Source: Candidatus Saccharimonadota bacterium
GTDB taxonomy: Bacteria > Pseudomonadota > Alphaproteobacteria > Rickettsiales > Anaplasmataceae
Reading direction: 5' to 3'
NCBI RefSeq assembly: GCF_013365495.1
Contig: NZ_CP046580.1
Span: forward strand, 540,001-572,000
Length of the DNA: 32,000 nt
Positions 9,933 to 20,523 of the stretch are shown in pieces; the stretch's first letter is position 1, and every line of letters starts with the position of its first letter. Under the pieces are notes generated by a model. It did no database searches. It worked only from the letters and a program-made list of their open reading frames with translations, and was not told where the DNA came from. A program made the position numbers and the translations under genes.

Positions 9933-12320
9933 TTATTTGTGCCTTAAAATTCCTCCAGTTTTTTTTAATACTAAATTAACTATAGTATTCGATTCTTTTT
10001 TAACTTCTTCTTCAGTTAAAGTATGAGTTGGAGAACAAAAAGTAACTGATAATGCTATAGACAGCTTATTTGATTCAATATTGCTTCCATGATATATATC
10101 GAATACTGAAACTTCCGTGATAAGCTCTGAACTTTTTCTTATCATACTGATTATATTACCTACTGCTATGTCTTTATTTACAATAAACGCAAAGTCCCGT
10201 TTTACACTTTGGTATTTATAATCGATGAATCCTTTCCTATTTATAGGTAAGTCACTGATATTTTCCAGTACTACCTCAAAACCCACAACTTTTTCCTTAA
10301 TACCAAAGAGATCTAGTATATTAGGATGTAATTCTCCAAAATAACCAATTACTTTTTTTTTAAAAGAAAAAGTGCCTGACCTTCCTGGGTGGTAATATTC
10401 CTTTTTTGTTTTTTCTATAGTTAAATTATCACAATTGACGTTAAAAAATTTCAAAGCCATCATGAGGTCAGCCTTTGCATCAAAAATATCCACTTTTCTG
10501 TCAAAATTATAATGGTTTCGCGGTAAATTATTTCCTAATCTAATTTCACTTAAAATATGCTTAGACTGATTAAGATTATCATAAACTGGACCAATTTCAA
10601 AAATTGCAAGGTCAGATATTCCATGAGCAATATTATCTGCAGCAATTTGTAATAAATTTGGCATGATACTTGGTCTCATTATATTAAAGTGATTACTCAA
10701 TGGATTATTAATAGTAAATAATTTATCAGAATAGCCAAACTTTTTAGCTATTGATTTACTCATGAATGACCAAGTGAGCACTTCATGAGATCCTCTACTT
10801 GCCATTAAAACACGTAAGCTATCTTGTTCATTAATTTCTATTGTGCCATTACCTATTGGTAATGCTTCTTCCTTTATTTTATCATAGCCATATATTCTTA
10901 CTACTTCTTCAATCAGATCAGCAGACATAGCAACGTCTGGTCTCCAACTTGGTACTTGCACATTCCAGTGACTTCCAACTCCTTTATCAATACTAAACCC
11001 CAATTTTGTCAAGATATTAAATATTTCACCAGATGATGCAGATATACTTCCAAATTTATTTACGTCTCGATAATCAAAATCTACTTTCGTGTTAACTTTA
11101 TTTAGATTACCGGCAGACACTATATTTGATGCTTCTCCACCACACAAATCTAAAATCATCTGAGTTGCAAGGCTTAGTCCATCAAATTCATGATCAACCG
11201 AACGTGCAAATCTATAACTTGAGTTTGTAGAAATTCCTAGCTGTCTTGAGGATTTAGTAATAGAAATAGGATTAAACCAAGCAGACTCCAAGAAGATATC
11301 AGTAGTTTCAAGAGTACATTTACTATACTTACCTCCTATAATCCCAGCGATCGCATGAGTATTTTTATTATCAGCAATAACGCTTATATCTTGATTTAAT
11401 AAGTATTCTTTACCATTCAAGTCAGTAAATCTTTCTTTACCACCTGCTTTACGTACTATAAGTTCTCCTTCTATTTTTTTTGCATCATACACATGTATTG
11501 GACGACCAAAAGATATCATAATATAATTAGTAATATCAACTATTGTAGAAACTGAGTGTATCCCTATTGATTGTAGCCTGTCTTTCAACCATTTTGGGCT
11601 CTCTCTATTTTTTACATTGGCAATATATATTCCACTAATAAAGCTTTCTCTATCTGTAACTTTAACATGTATAGAAGAATTTTTTTTTACTAAATCCTGA
11701 AAAGAAAGTTTGTTTTGAGTTTGCACACTATGTTCTGGAATGATATTAAGATGAGTTAAAGCTTTTAATCTTCCAATTCCAGCTGCTGCTAAATCACGTG
11801 CTATCCCGTAAACGCTTAAGCAATCTCCACGATCTGGAGTGACATTTATATCAATAATAAGAATACAATTAAAAAATTTATTTTCTACTTTATAAGTAGT
11901 AGAAAGTTTGATTATTTCTTCAACTTCCTCTTGAATTAATGTATGCGAAGCAGAATGAATCATTTCTTCTTCATCTTTCCCTAGTATTTTCTGTGCTTTT
12001 ATATGCTTAGCCATGAAATTACTTTTGAGCAACGTATTTTCCAAAGATTCAAGTATATTTCTTATATCTTTTTTAATACCCTTTACTTCACACATTGCTT
12101 GCATAACTTTACTGCTATCTTCTACTTTGCATGATTTTAATTTATCAATATTTAAATAAGATGCAATTCTCAGTACTTTTTTAGTAGTAAATCCAACTAA
12201 TTCTATATCTGCAACTACATTTTTCACTTCTAGTCCTATATAAGTTAATTTATTAATAATTTCTTCTAAGCTAGCACTAGTTTCTAAATATTCTAATAAC
12301 CAAGATAATGTAAACTTCAT
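9933..12320 (-). CDS. pheT: Phenylalanine--tRNA ligase beta subunit
   Basis: 795-aa ORF with [11 protein letters not shown] start, [60 protein letters not shown] and a C-terminal FDX-ACB-like domain. Confidence 0.95.
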   Translation of the reverse strand: MKFTLSWLLEYLETSASLEEIINKLTYIGLEVKNVVADIELVGFTTKKVLRIASYLNIDKLKSCKVEDSSKVMQAMCEVKGIKKDIRNILESLENTLLKSNFMAKHIKAQKILGKDEEEMIHSASHTLIQEEVEEIIKLSTTYKVENKFFNCILIIDINVTPDRGDCLSVYGIARDLAAAGIGRLKALTHLNIIPEHSVQTQNKLSFQDLVKKNSSIHVKVTDRESFISGIYIANVKNRESPKWLKDRLQSIGIHSVSTIVDITNYIMISFGRPIHVYDAKKIEGELIVRKAGGKERFTDLNGKEYLLNQDISVIADNKNTHAIAGIIGGKYSKCTLETTDIFLESAWFNPISITKSSRQLGISTNSSYRFARSVDHEFDGLSLATQMILDLCGGEASNIVSAGNLNKVNTKVDFDYRDVNKFGSISASSGEIFNILTKLGFSIDKGVGSHWNVQVPSWRPDVAMSADLIEEVVRIYGYDKIKEEALPIGNGTIEINEQDSLRVLMASRGSHEVLTWSFMSKSIAKKFGYSDKLFTINNPLSNHFNIMRPSIMPNLLQIAADNIAHGISDLAIFEIGPVYDNLNQSKHILSEIRLGNNLPRNHYNFDRKVDIFDAKADLMMALKFFNVNCDNLTIEKTKKEYYHPGRSGTFSFKKKVIGYFGELHPNILDLFGIKEKVVGFEVVLENISDLPINRKGFIDYKYQSVKRDFAFIVNKDIAVGNIISMIRKSSELITEVSVFDIYHGSNIESNKLSIALSVTFCSPTHTLTEEEVKKESNTIVNLVLKKTGGILRHK

Positions 12321-12454
12321 TTATATAAAAAAAATAAAGAAGTTATTATAATATAAAACTGAGTAGCTTTTAAATTCATAATTTTTTCAATTCTTCTTTC
12401 TAAAATCATATATTTAGTAACTTATGTCTATTAAAATTCTATAGTAAATATGAG

Positions 12455-13573
12455 TTAAACTTTAAATAATACTCTAAAAAATTTTTCTACATAACTTAAT
12501 TTATGCACGTCATTTACTGCATAAAGTGACATAGTCTTTTGTTTCATGCCTGGTATTTTTATAAAAATCTTACCTACTTCTTGCCCCTTTTTGATTGGTG
12601 CAACTATCATATCTTTATATTCAATATACACTTTAACTTTATCTTGTAAATTGCGACTATAAGTTATAATAACATCATTTGCGACTGTGACTGATACTTT
12701 TTTACTTTTCCCATATAGAACATTTATTTCCTCAACTATATCACCCTTAGTAAATATCTTCTTACTATAAAAGTGGTCTAAAGAATATTGAATCAGTCTT
12801 TTTGCTTCTTCTATACGCTCCCTCTCAGTACTTAAACCATTCACAACAACAAAAACTCTTCTACCATTTTGTTTTGCAGATGCTACAATTCCATATGCAC
12901 CAACACTAGTATAACCAGTTTTTAATCCATCAACCCCGATGTTATAAAAAAGTAAAAGGTTTTTATTTTTTTGTGAGACACTATTATATGTAAAATATTG
13001 CTCAGAAAATAAATCATAGTATTCAGGAAAATCAGTAAAAATTCTCTTCGCCAATATTGCTAAATCCTTTGCACTCATAAAATGATTTTCATTTGGCCAC
13101 CCACTTGAATTGACAAAGTGACTATTATTTAGGCCTAGTTTTCGTGCAATCTCATTCATTTCAACCACAAAATCTTCTTCTGATCCTGCAATACCTTCTG
13201 CTAATGTTATACAAGCATCATTACCAGAAACTATTACTATTCCTTCAAGTAGTTCTTTTACTGTAACAAATTGACCTTCTTTTAGAAACATAGAAGAACC
13301 TTTTCTTTCCCATGCCTTTTTACTTACTTGAAATTTATCTTTCATACTTATTATTCCATCTTTTAGATATGCAAAAGCTATATATAAAGTCATTAGTTTA
13401 CTCATTGAAGATGGGGCCATTTTATCATCGGAATTATGCTCAAAAATAAATAAATCTGAGGCTAAATCTAAAATCACTGCTTGTTTTGCTCTAGTTCTAA
13501 ATTGATATGAATATAAAGGAAAAGAAAATAAAAAAATTAACAGTAAAATTATTAATTTACCTAATACATTCAT
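12455..13573 (-). CDS. Serine-type D-alanyl-D-alanine carboxypeptidase (PBP5/6-like, peptidase S11)
   Basis: 372-aa ORF with a signal peptide and all three penicilloyl-serine transferase motifs: SMSK (SxxK), SGN (VSGNDA) and KTG (LKTGYT). It also has a C-terminal PBP5_C-like beta domain. Confidence 0.85.
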   Translation of the reverse strand: MNVLGKLIILLLIFLFSFPLYSYQFRTRAKQAVILDLASDLFIFEHNSDDKMAPSSMSKLMTLYIAFAYLKDGIISMKDKFQVSKKAWERKGSSMFLKEGQFVTVKELLEGIVIVSGNDACITLAEGIAGSEEDFVVEMNEIARKLGLNNSHFVNSSGWPNENHFMSAKDLAILAKRIFTDFPEYYDLFSEQYFTYNSVSQKNKNLLLFYNIGVDGLKTGYTSVGAYGIVASAKQNGRRVFVVVNGLSTERERIEEAKRLIQYSLDHFYSKKIFTKGDIVEEINVLYGKSKKVSVTVANDVIITYSRNLQDKVKVYIEYKDMIVAPIKKGQEVGKIFIKIPGMKQKTMSLYAVNDVHKLSYVEKFFRVLFKV

Positions 13574-14647
13574 ACTTTTTTTAAAAAGTATATTATATAG
13601 TATAATTATGTAAAAATATTTTAATAAAATTAAGATAAAGTTTTCTATATGTAATAGAATTTACTAAGTTTAATATATACAATTTAATTGTAAAAATTAA
13701 GACTTACATTCGAAACAGACCAAAGCACTTTTTGCAGCCGTTTAGCTAACTAAAATTGAAAAAGAGAAAAAAATACTAAAATCTAGTTAAAAGTAGAAAA
13801 GACAACTAATAAAAGTAAATAATAAAATAGATATTGGGACAGTACTAATTTATGTAAATAGAAACTAATAACAATTATAGTTTTAGCTATACAGAACAAA
13901 ATATTTTATACATTATGTATATCAAAGAGATAAAAATTAAAAACATAGATTAGTAAGAAGTAAAATCCTCCAAAAAATATTAAAAAAAGAATTAAATATA
14001 TTATGGTACAATGTTATAAAATTTAATTTTTAACTTTTCTGAGAAAAAAATAAACAAAGTCAACATTAGTAATAAATAACTCTTTTAAAACTTTATATTG
14101 TTACTCTGATATAAAGAACAAGGCTTTTAAGCTTGATTTATGCTTAGCTTAAATTCATAACTTCCGTAAAATTTTGAGTTAAACATATTATTTAAAGTAT
14201 CATAATATAAAATTTACGTTTCTGCTGCTTTTTTTTATCCCTCCTTTCTTTGTTTATTATTATTCAAAAGATATTATTATACAACTTATAAAAGAATAAA
14301 TCTATTAATTTTTTATATTCAATCTAAAATTAACTATTAATATATTTTTCATACTAATTTCAGTTAAGTAGAGAATACTAGGAAAAGAAGGAGAGGAGCT
14401 AGATTTTTTTTAAACTTGAACAAGTAGATTTATTCTTTTTCATCTTATACTATTTATTAAATTAAAAATTAAGAGCTAGCAATAATTTAGATATATGATT
14501 ATATATTTAATAGCATATTTATTCAATAAAGCCTAAATAAAAATTGAGTAAATTTCATAAAACCTTACAAGAGTCTGTAAGCATTGCTAATAATAGCAAA
14601 TAATTAAATAAATCTAAAACTATTTTCAATATCATTTAGTAAATTTT

Positions 14648-15760
14648 TTATTTTTTTTTTACTTTACTAAAAAAACCTTCAGGGTGCTGTTGCACATTTT
14701 CTTCTTCTTCAAGTGCTTTTAATAACTCAATCTGCTTTTTAGTTAAGGTTTTCGGATTTAAAGTCTCAACTACTACTTGTACATATAAATCACCACGTAC
14801 ATTTGAGTTCATATATGGCATACCCTGTTCTCTACAACGTAGTTTAGTACCAGTTTGAGTACCTTCAGGAACTTTCACTTTTATTTTGGCTTTATCAATT
14901 GACTGAACATCAATTTCACCACCAAGTACTGCTAATGTCATTTTTACAGGCACTTTGCAATATAAATCTGCTTTATTCCTAGTAAAAATTTTATGTGGAA
15001 CTATTTTAACGTACACATATAAATCACCACTTTTTCCACCTTTTGCTCCAGCCTCTCCTTTACCACTTACCCTCACTTTCGCACCTTCCTCTATACCTCT
15101 TGGAATTGAGACTGATATATTTACCTCATCTCTTCTGCGTCCATTCCCACCACATTTTTTGCATTTATTCTGTACTATTTCACCTTCTCCATAACACATA
15201 GTACAAGTTCTTTCAATTGTAAAAAAGCCTTGCTGGGCTCTAACTCTACCACTTCCTCGGCACGTATGACATTGAACCGGTTTGATTGCACCTTCACTAC
15301 CCGTACCTTGACATGCACCACACTTTACATTCGTAACATAATGTATAGGTGCTTGTATCCCCTTAAATACATCTTCCAAAGTAATTTCAAGATCATAACG
15401 TAGATCAGATCCTGGTACCCCTAGTGTACTTCTTTTTGCTTTTGACCTTCTTGATTCTCCAAATCCTCCACTAAAAAAGTCGTTAAATATATCACTAAAA
15501 TCTCCTGCAGCTTGACTAAAATCAAACCCACCAGCACCTTCATGACCATAACTATCATAACTTGCCTTTTTTTCAGGATCAGATAAAACCTCATACGCAG
15601 ATGTTATCTCTTTAAATTTTTCCTCTGCTTCTTTATTACCAGGATTTCTATCTGGATGATATTTCAATGCTAATTTCTTATATGCCTTTTTTATCTCATC
15701 AATGTTAGCATTTCTGCCTACTTCCAGCAGTGCATAGTAGTCTTTTGTGCTCATATACAA
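14648..15760 (-). CDS. dnaJ: Molecular chaperone DnaJ
   Basis: 370-aa ORF with a J domain (DYYALLEV...YHPDRN), a G/F region and four CxxCxGxG zinc-finger repeats ([32 protein letters not shown]). The likely true start is the third codon ATG at 15754 (MSTKDYY). Confidence 0.95.
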   Translation of the reverse strand: MYMSTKDYYALLEVGRNANIDEIKKAYKKLALKYHPDRNPGNKEAEEKFKEITSAYEVLSDPEKKASYDSYGHEGAGGFDFSQAAGDFSDIFNDFFSGGFGESRRSKAKRSTLGVPGSDLRYDLEITLEDVFKGIQAPIHYVTNVKCGACQGTGSEGAIKPVQCHTCRGSGRVRAQQGFFTIERTCTMCYGEGEIVQNKCKKCGGNGRRRDEVNISVSIPRGIEEGAKVRVSGKGEAGAKGGKSGDLYVYVKIVPHKIFTRNKADLYCKVPVKMTLAVLGGEIDVQSIDKAKIKVKVPEGTQTGTKLRCREQGMPYMNSNVRGDLYVQVVVETLNPKTLTKKQIELLKALEEEENVQQHPEGFFSKVKKK

Positions 15761-15782
15761 TAGATTCAGTATTTAAGTTCTA

Positions 15783-15812
15783 AAGGTAAGTATTTCATAC
15801 ATCAATTTCAAG
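15783..15812 (-). promoter_or_regulatory. Candidate sigma-32 (RpoH) heat-shock promoter for dnaJ
   Basis: The minus strand reads atcTCaCaCTTGAAA-ttgatgtatgaaata-CTTACCTTTA. The -35 part (15812-15806 = CTTGAAA, with upstream TCTCACA) matches the E. coli sigma-32 consensus TCTCNCCCTTGAA at 11 of 12 defined positions. The -10 part (15790-15783) matches CCCCATNT / CYTATNT only partly. It sits about 22-28 nt upstream of the dnaJ start. Confidence 0.4.
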
Positions 15813-15845
15813 TGTGAGATATATTTTCTATATTCTTAAATAAAA

Positions 15846-15919
15846 TGCACCCTGAGCGATTTGAACGCCCGACCTTTTGATCCGTAGTCAAATGCTCTGT
15901 CCAACTGAGCTAAGGGTGC
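15846..15919 (-). tRNA. tRNA-Arg (anticodon ACG)
   Basis: The reverse complement folds by hand into a cloverleaf: acceptor GCACCCT/AGGGTGC, D arm GCTC-AGTTGGACA-GAGC, anticodon arm TTTGA-CTACGGA-TCAAA (ACG), variable AGGTC, T arm GGGCG-TTCAAAT-CGCTC, discriminator A. It is 74 nt with no encoded CCA. Confidence 0.93.
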
Positions 15920-15933
15920 ATTTTATAAAATGG

Positions 15934-15962
15934 ACTTTAGCAAGTTTTATAGCTTGATTCAA
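15934..15962 (-). promoter_or_regulatory. Possible sigma-70-type promoter for tRNA-Arg (TTGAAT-17 nt-TAAAGT)
   Basis: On the minus strand TTGAAT lies at 15962-15957, followed by a 17-nt spacer and TAAAGT at 15939-15934. The element ends 14 nt before the mature tRNA 5' end. This is a motif match only, and such matches are common in an AT-rich background. Confidence 0.2.
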
Positions 15963-16902
15963 TTATTTGATTAAAAAAAAGAGCATAAAGCTAAATTAAT
16001 AGTACAATGAACCTACTAGATTTAAACTTAGATTAATAAATACAAGTGAAAAAAAAATTTTATATTTATAATTTTAATCCCATCTTTCACATTTCATGTA
16101 GTATTACTAAATAAAATAGAATAGATTAAGCACAAAAATAACAATATACATTTTATTCTAGAGTAGAACGTACCAAAAGTTACTGATAGTTATACAACAA
16201 TAGAAAGCATTTAACATTATGTTATAATTAACATGCCTTTATACTATTTATACAAATTTACTTACTGTTTCTTCTATATTAAAATAGCAATACAATAACA
16301 CTAGTAAATGCAAGAAGATTTTATAGAGGTATGTTTTTATAACTTAATAAGTTCCTTTTGATCAATTCAAATATAACTTTTATAATTTTTTAGTTTACGA
16401 ACTTGAACTTAATAAACTATTTTCTTCTTACATTTTTCTTTTATTATTTTTAGCATTGATAAATGCCTTTATAATCAGTAGAGACTTTTTTATTGCTGGC
16501 TATTTTACCTACAGAGAAGAACATCCAAGTATTTAAATTAAATAAGCTATATAAATTTAAATCTTTTTTTTACTTGATCAAAACTAATTCTTCCATAAAA
16601 AATATCATCAGCTTTTTTTTTATACTTACTTCTTTTATCTATTGATACCGATACCTTTTAATCTTATATACTTCGTTTTTATGATTAATTATTTCTTAGC
16701 ATTCTTATAATTCAAATTCTTAATTAATTTAAAAATTTTGTACTCATTCAAGAGTTGAAGTCATGCTATTTATAGCACTATCCTTTAAAATTTACTATAT
16801 ATAATAGTTTACCACACCTTTAAATTTTATACACGAAATCAACCCATTATACTTAAGTACATGAGAAACTACCGCATTAATAAATCTCTTGATATTTTTT
16901 AG

Positions 16903-19389
16903 TTAAGCAGTTTTTTCTACTTTGTATAGCACACTTTGTACTTTATTCCCTAACTCATTTAAAGTGAACGGCTTTGATAAAAAGTGAAAATCTTCTATAT
17001 TAATATCATCACTCTTCAAAAATGCATCTTCTGCATATCCAGAAATAAAAATAACATTGATATTTGGCCTATGAATTAGAGCCTTTTTAACTATCTCTGG
17101 GCCACTAACTTCCGGCATTATTACATCAGTGATTATTAAATCTATGTGTTGATTTTTTTTACTTATTATTTCTAGTGCCTGACTACCCATGCTAGCTTCT
17201 ATCACATCAAATCCCTTTCTTTGTAGCGTTTTGGTAGCAAACTCCCTGACTGAATCCTCATCCTCAATTAATAAAATTGTACCATTATTTTTAACTTCAT
17301 TTACTATAGGTTTTTCTATTTCTTCACTACTCCTTTTTATATTATTTTCATCCAATATATAAACCATTGGTAAAAATATTCTAAATTTAGTTCCATAATC
17401 TATTTTACTAGTAACATAAATATATCCTTCAGTTTGCTTTATAATACCATATACAGTAGAAAGGCCAAGACCAGTACCAGAAGAAATATCTTTAGTAGAA
17501 AAAAACGGATCAAATGCCTTTTGAATTGTATCACTAGTCATTCCACAACCTGTATCAATTACTTCAATGATCACATAATTTCCATGTTCAATTTCCTCTT
17601 TATCTGGAGAAAACATATTTTTAGGTATAGAATTCAACGAATTAATCTTCTTATTAAAAGTACGTATAATTAATTCTCCTCCTTTTTCCATAGCAGCATT
17701 AGCATTCACTACTAAGTTAATAATAACTTGTTCCAATTGTCCTTGATCAGCTTTAACCTGACCTAAATCTCTACCATAATATGCAGTAAATTTTATATTT
17801 TCTCCTATCAATCTTTTTATCATTTCATAAAGATTAGCTATCGTACTGTTTACATCAATAATTTTTGGTCGCATAGTCTGCCTTCTTGAAAAAGCAAGTA
17901 ACTGCTTAACTAAATTCGATCCACGTTTTGCATTTTGCTGTATTTGTATTATGTCTCCAAAAGATGGATCACCACTAGCCGAGTGCTGAAGTAAAAGCAA
18001 ATCACAAAATCCTATTATTCCAGTTAATATATTATTAAAATCATGTGCAATCCCTCCTGCTAACTGACCTATAGCTTGCATTTTTTGATAATGCTCAAGT
18101 TTTATTTCTAGATTTTTATGCTCAGTATTATCAACAAAATAGCAAAGTATAAACATCACTCTACTATGAAGAAATTTATTGAAGTATATTTTCATATTAT
18201 CATTATTGTTAAGTTGCACATCAAAAGATGCGTTATTTATTCTATTACTTAAGAAGTATTCACGTATTTTTGTATGAAAGTCATCAGATATTAATGTAAA
18301 GATTGAATTAGTCTCTGGACCAGCAAGTTTTATCAACGCTGTATTTTTTTTTATAAAGTTTCCACTTGAATCACACTGTGCAATAGCGATTGATGAATTT
18401 GTGAAACATGGATGTAATTGATAGTCAGCTATGTTTGATTCAACTGGTGTAATAAAACCATATATATAGTTATGACTATGTTTATCACAAAACATGGCAG
18501 TGCTCATATAAGCTTTGAATGGAACACCACTTACTGTACAAAACACAATCTCATTACCAGTTACTATATTATGATAATTAGACTGAAATATAAAATCATT
18601 AATTGAAGTACCTTTTTCAAATTTTTTTAATTCAAATATTTCTAGGAACCTTTTATTCACAGATAAAATTACCCCTTTAGGATTTGCAATATAGGTTCCT
18701 ATATTATGCTTTTCTATCAGCTCTTCATATATCTGTTCTTTATTCATCTGTATTGCCTTTAGCACAAAATATCCATGTGGCCTAGCTATTGGTGCTAATG
18801 ACAAATTTAAGATCTTATTATTATTCAAAGCAACTTGTGGATTATTTGATATCGGATCAAGAAGCAAGAGAAAATTAGATGTTCTATTTTTTTTACCTAA
18901 GGTAATGTGTATTTGTACAGAAGAATTATTTTTTAGCGCGTGATATAATGCTTTTTTGTCTTTTTCTGATATATTCCCTGCTTCAAGAAGCTTATCTAGT
19001 GTAACATCATTATCTACGATGTGTTCTCTGAACCTTTCGTAAAACCTTGCATCAGCATAAATAACGCCCTCATCTTTATGTAAAATTAAACAAAACTCTG
19101 TATTATGATTAAGTGCACTTGCAAATATTGCATTTTGAAATTCTGTAATACTAATCAAATATTTATGATGTTTTACACTATATATCATAAAAAAAGTCAT
19201 GAAAGTACTGACTACCATATTAATTTCTATATTAATGTGCCAATTATACGTATTAAAAAAATAAAGTGCTGATATTATTATTGGAGGTAAGACCATAATG
19301 ACTGCAATAAAAATGATTGGTATTCCATGATTTCTTAATATAAAGTCAACTCTATTTTCCTTTTTACTATCTATGTATCTTTTGCTCAT
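16903..19389 (-). CDS. cckA: Hybrid sensor histidine kinase/response regulator, CckA-like
   Basis: 828-aa ORF with two N-terminal TM helices and a ~400-aa sensor/PAS-like region. It has H-box GGIAHDFNNILTGI, N box NLVVNANAAM, G boxes DTGCGM and GTGLGLS, and a C-terminal receiver (ILLIEDED...DLIITDVIMPE...SKPF). Confidence 0.85.
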   Translation of the reverse strand: MSKRYIDSKKENRVDFILRNHGIPIIFIAVIMVLPPIIISALYFFNTYNWHINIEINMVVSTFMTFFMIYSVKHHKYLISITEFQNAIFASALNHNTEFCLILHKDEGVIYADARFYERFREHIVDNDVTLDKLLEAGNISEKDKKALYHALKNNSSVQIHITLGKKNRTSNFLLLLDPISNNPQVALNNNKILNLSLAPIARPHGYFVLKAIQMNKEQIYEELIEKHNIGTYIANPKGVILSVNKRFLEIFELKKFEKGTSINDFIFQSNYHNIVTGNEIVFCTVSGVPFKAYMSTAMFCDKHSHNYIYGFITPVESNIADYQLHPCFTNSSIAIAQCDSSGNFIKKNTALIKLAGPETNSIFTLISDDFHTKIREYFLSNRINNASFDVQLNNNDNMKIYFNKFLHSRVMFILCYFVDNTEHKNLEIKLEHYQKMQAIGQLAGGIAHDFNNILTGIIGFCDLLLLQHSASGDPSFGDIIQIQQNAKRGSNLVKQLLAFSRRQTMRPKIIDVNSTIANLYEMIKRLIGENIKFTAYYGRDLGQVKADQGQLEQVIINLVVNANAAMEKGGELIIRTFNKKINSLNSIPKNMFSPDKEEIEHGNYVIIEVIDTGCGMTSDTIQKAFDPFFSTKDISSGTGLGLSTVYGIIKQTEGYIYVTSKIDYGTKFRIFLPMVYILDENNIKRSSEEIEKPIVNEVKNNGTILLIEDEDSVREFATKTLQRKGFDVIEASMGSQALEIISKKNQHIDLIITDVIMPEVSGPEIVKKALIHRPNINVIFISGYAEDAFLKSDDINIEDFHFLSKPFTLNELGNKVQSVLYKVEKTA

Positions 19390-19495
19390 TTTATATATAA
19401 TATGCTTTATTAAGCTACTTAAATTAGTATAGACTTATTAACATCTTTGATACATAATTTCTATTAGAATTTTTAACACTGTTGTAAAAAGCATC

Positions 19496-20320
19496 ATGAA
19501 AAAACAAAAAATGCAAGCTTTTAAATGGTTCTGTTTACTAAGAGATAAAATCTTAGAGTCCTTTTTGTTAATTGAAAGACAATCATCTACAAATCCGAAA
19601 ATTGAAAAAAGGAAATGGAATCGTCCAGGTGGTGGAGGTGGTGAATCTATAATTATCTATGGTAGTGTTTTTGAAAAAGTAGGAATAAACGTTTCAAAAG
19701 TATATGGAAAGTTTAGAAATTCAATCGTAAATGAAATTCCTGGCGCAAATGAAAACAATGGTAAATTTTGGGCAAGTGGCATATCTTTAGTATCTCATAT
19801 GCAGTCTCCTCTTATTCCTGCAGCACATATGAACACAAGGCTAATATATACATCAAAACAATGGTTTGGTGGAGGAATGGACTTTACTCCAACATATAAA
19901 AATGAAGAAGATTATCAGTATATTCATGAATCAATTAAAAAAATATGTGATGAGTTTAATCCTGTATATTACGCAAGATTTAAAAAAGAATGTGACAATT
20001 ATTTTTTCTTACAACATAGAAAAGAACCACGTGGTATTGGTGGAATTTTTTATGACAATCTTAATTCTGGCAACTGGGAGAACGATTTTAAGTTTATAAA
20101 AGCAATAGGAGAAACCTTTTTAAAAATTTATTTGTATATCATACATCAACATATACAAAAACCTTGGACTAAAGAGCAGCGAGATGATCAACTAATAAAA
20201 CGAGGTAGATATGTAGAATTTAATCTGCTTTATGATCGTGGTACAAAATTCGGTTTAATGACTAATGGTAATCCAGATGCAGTTATGATGTCAATGCCAC
20301 CTTTAGTTAAGTGGTTATAA
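19496..20320 (+). CDS. hemF: Oxygen-dependent coproporphyrinogen III oxidase
   Basis: 274-aa ORF with RPGGGGGES, WFGGGMDFTP, RGIGGIFYD and RRGRYVEFNLLYDRGTKFGL motifs. Confidence 0.92.
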   Translation: MKKQKMQAFKWFCLLRDKILESFLLIERQSSTNPKIEKRKWNRPGGGGGESIIIYGSVFEKVGINVSKVYGKFRNSIVNEIPGANENNGKFWASGISLVSHMQSPLIPAAHMNTRLIYTSKQWFGGGMDFTPTYKNEEDYQYIHESIKKICDEFNPVYYARFKKECDNYFFLQHRKEPRGIGGIFYDNLNSGNWENDFKFIKAIGETFLKIYLYIIHQHIQKPWTKEQRDDQLIKRGRYVEFNLLYDRGTKFGLMTNGNPDAVMMSMPPLVKWL

Positions 20321-20523
20321 TTAATTATATAGGCTAAATATATATGAGTATTACTGACAGCTATTATTTTTTAACGGTATTACTTTTGTCAAACTTATTC
20401 TTTTGTAAAATATTTTGCCATTTTAATCTGCATTCTTAGAAAAAGAGAACAATTTAAAATATATCTAAAAATTGCTCTTCTTTTATTCACAAAACTCCTA
20501 TAAATTAATAAATATAAAGTAAA

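Noticed and set aside
15846-15919. tRNA-Arg as an integration site for a genomic island.
   Set aside because: No integrase or mobile gene is nearby. The only partial copy of the tRNA 3' half that I found is an 8-mer (accctgag at ~22716-22723), 7 kb away across housekeeping genes, which is consistent with chance.
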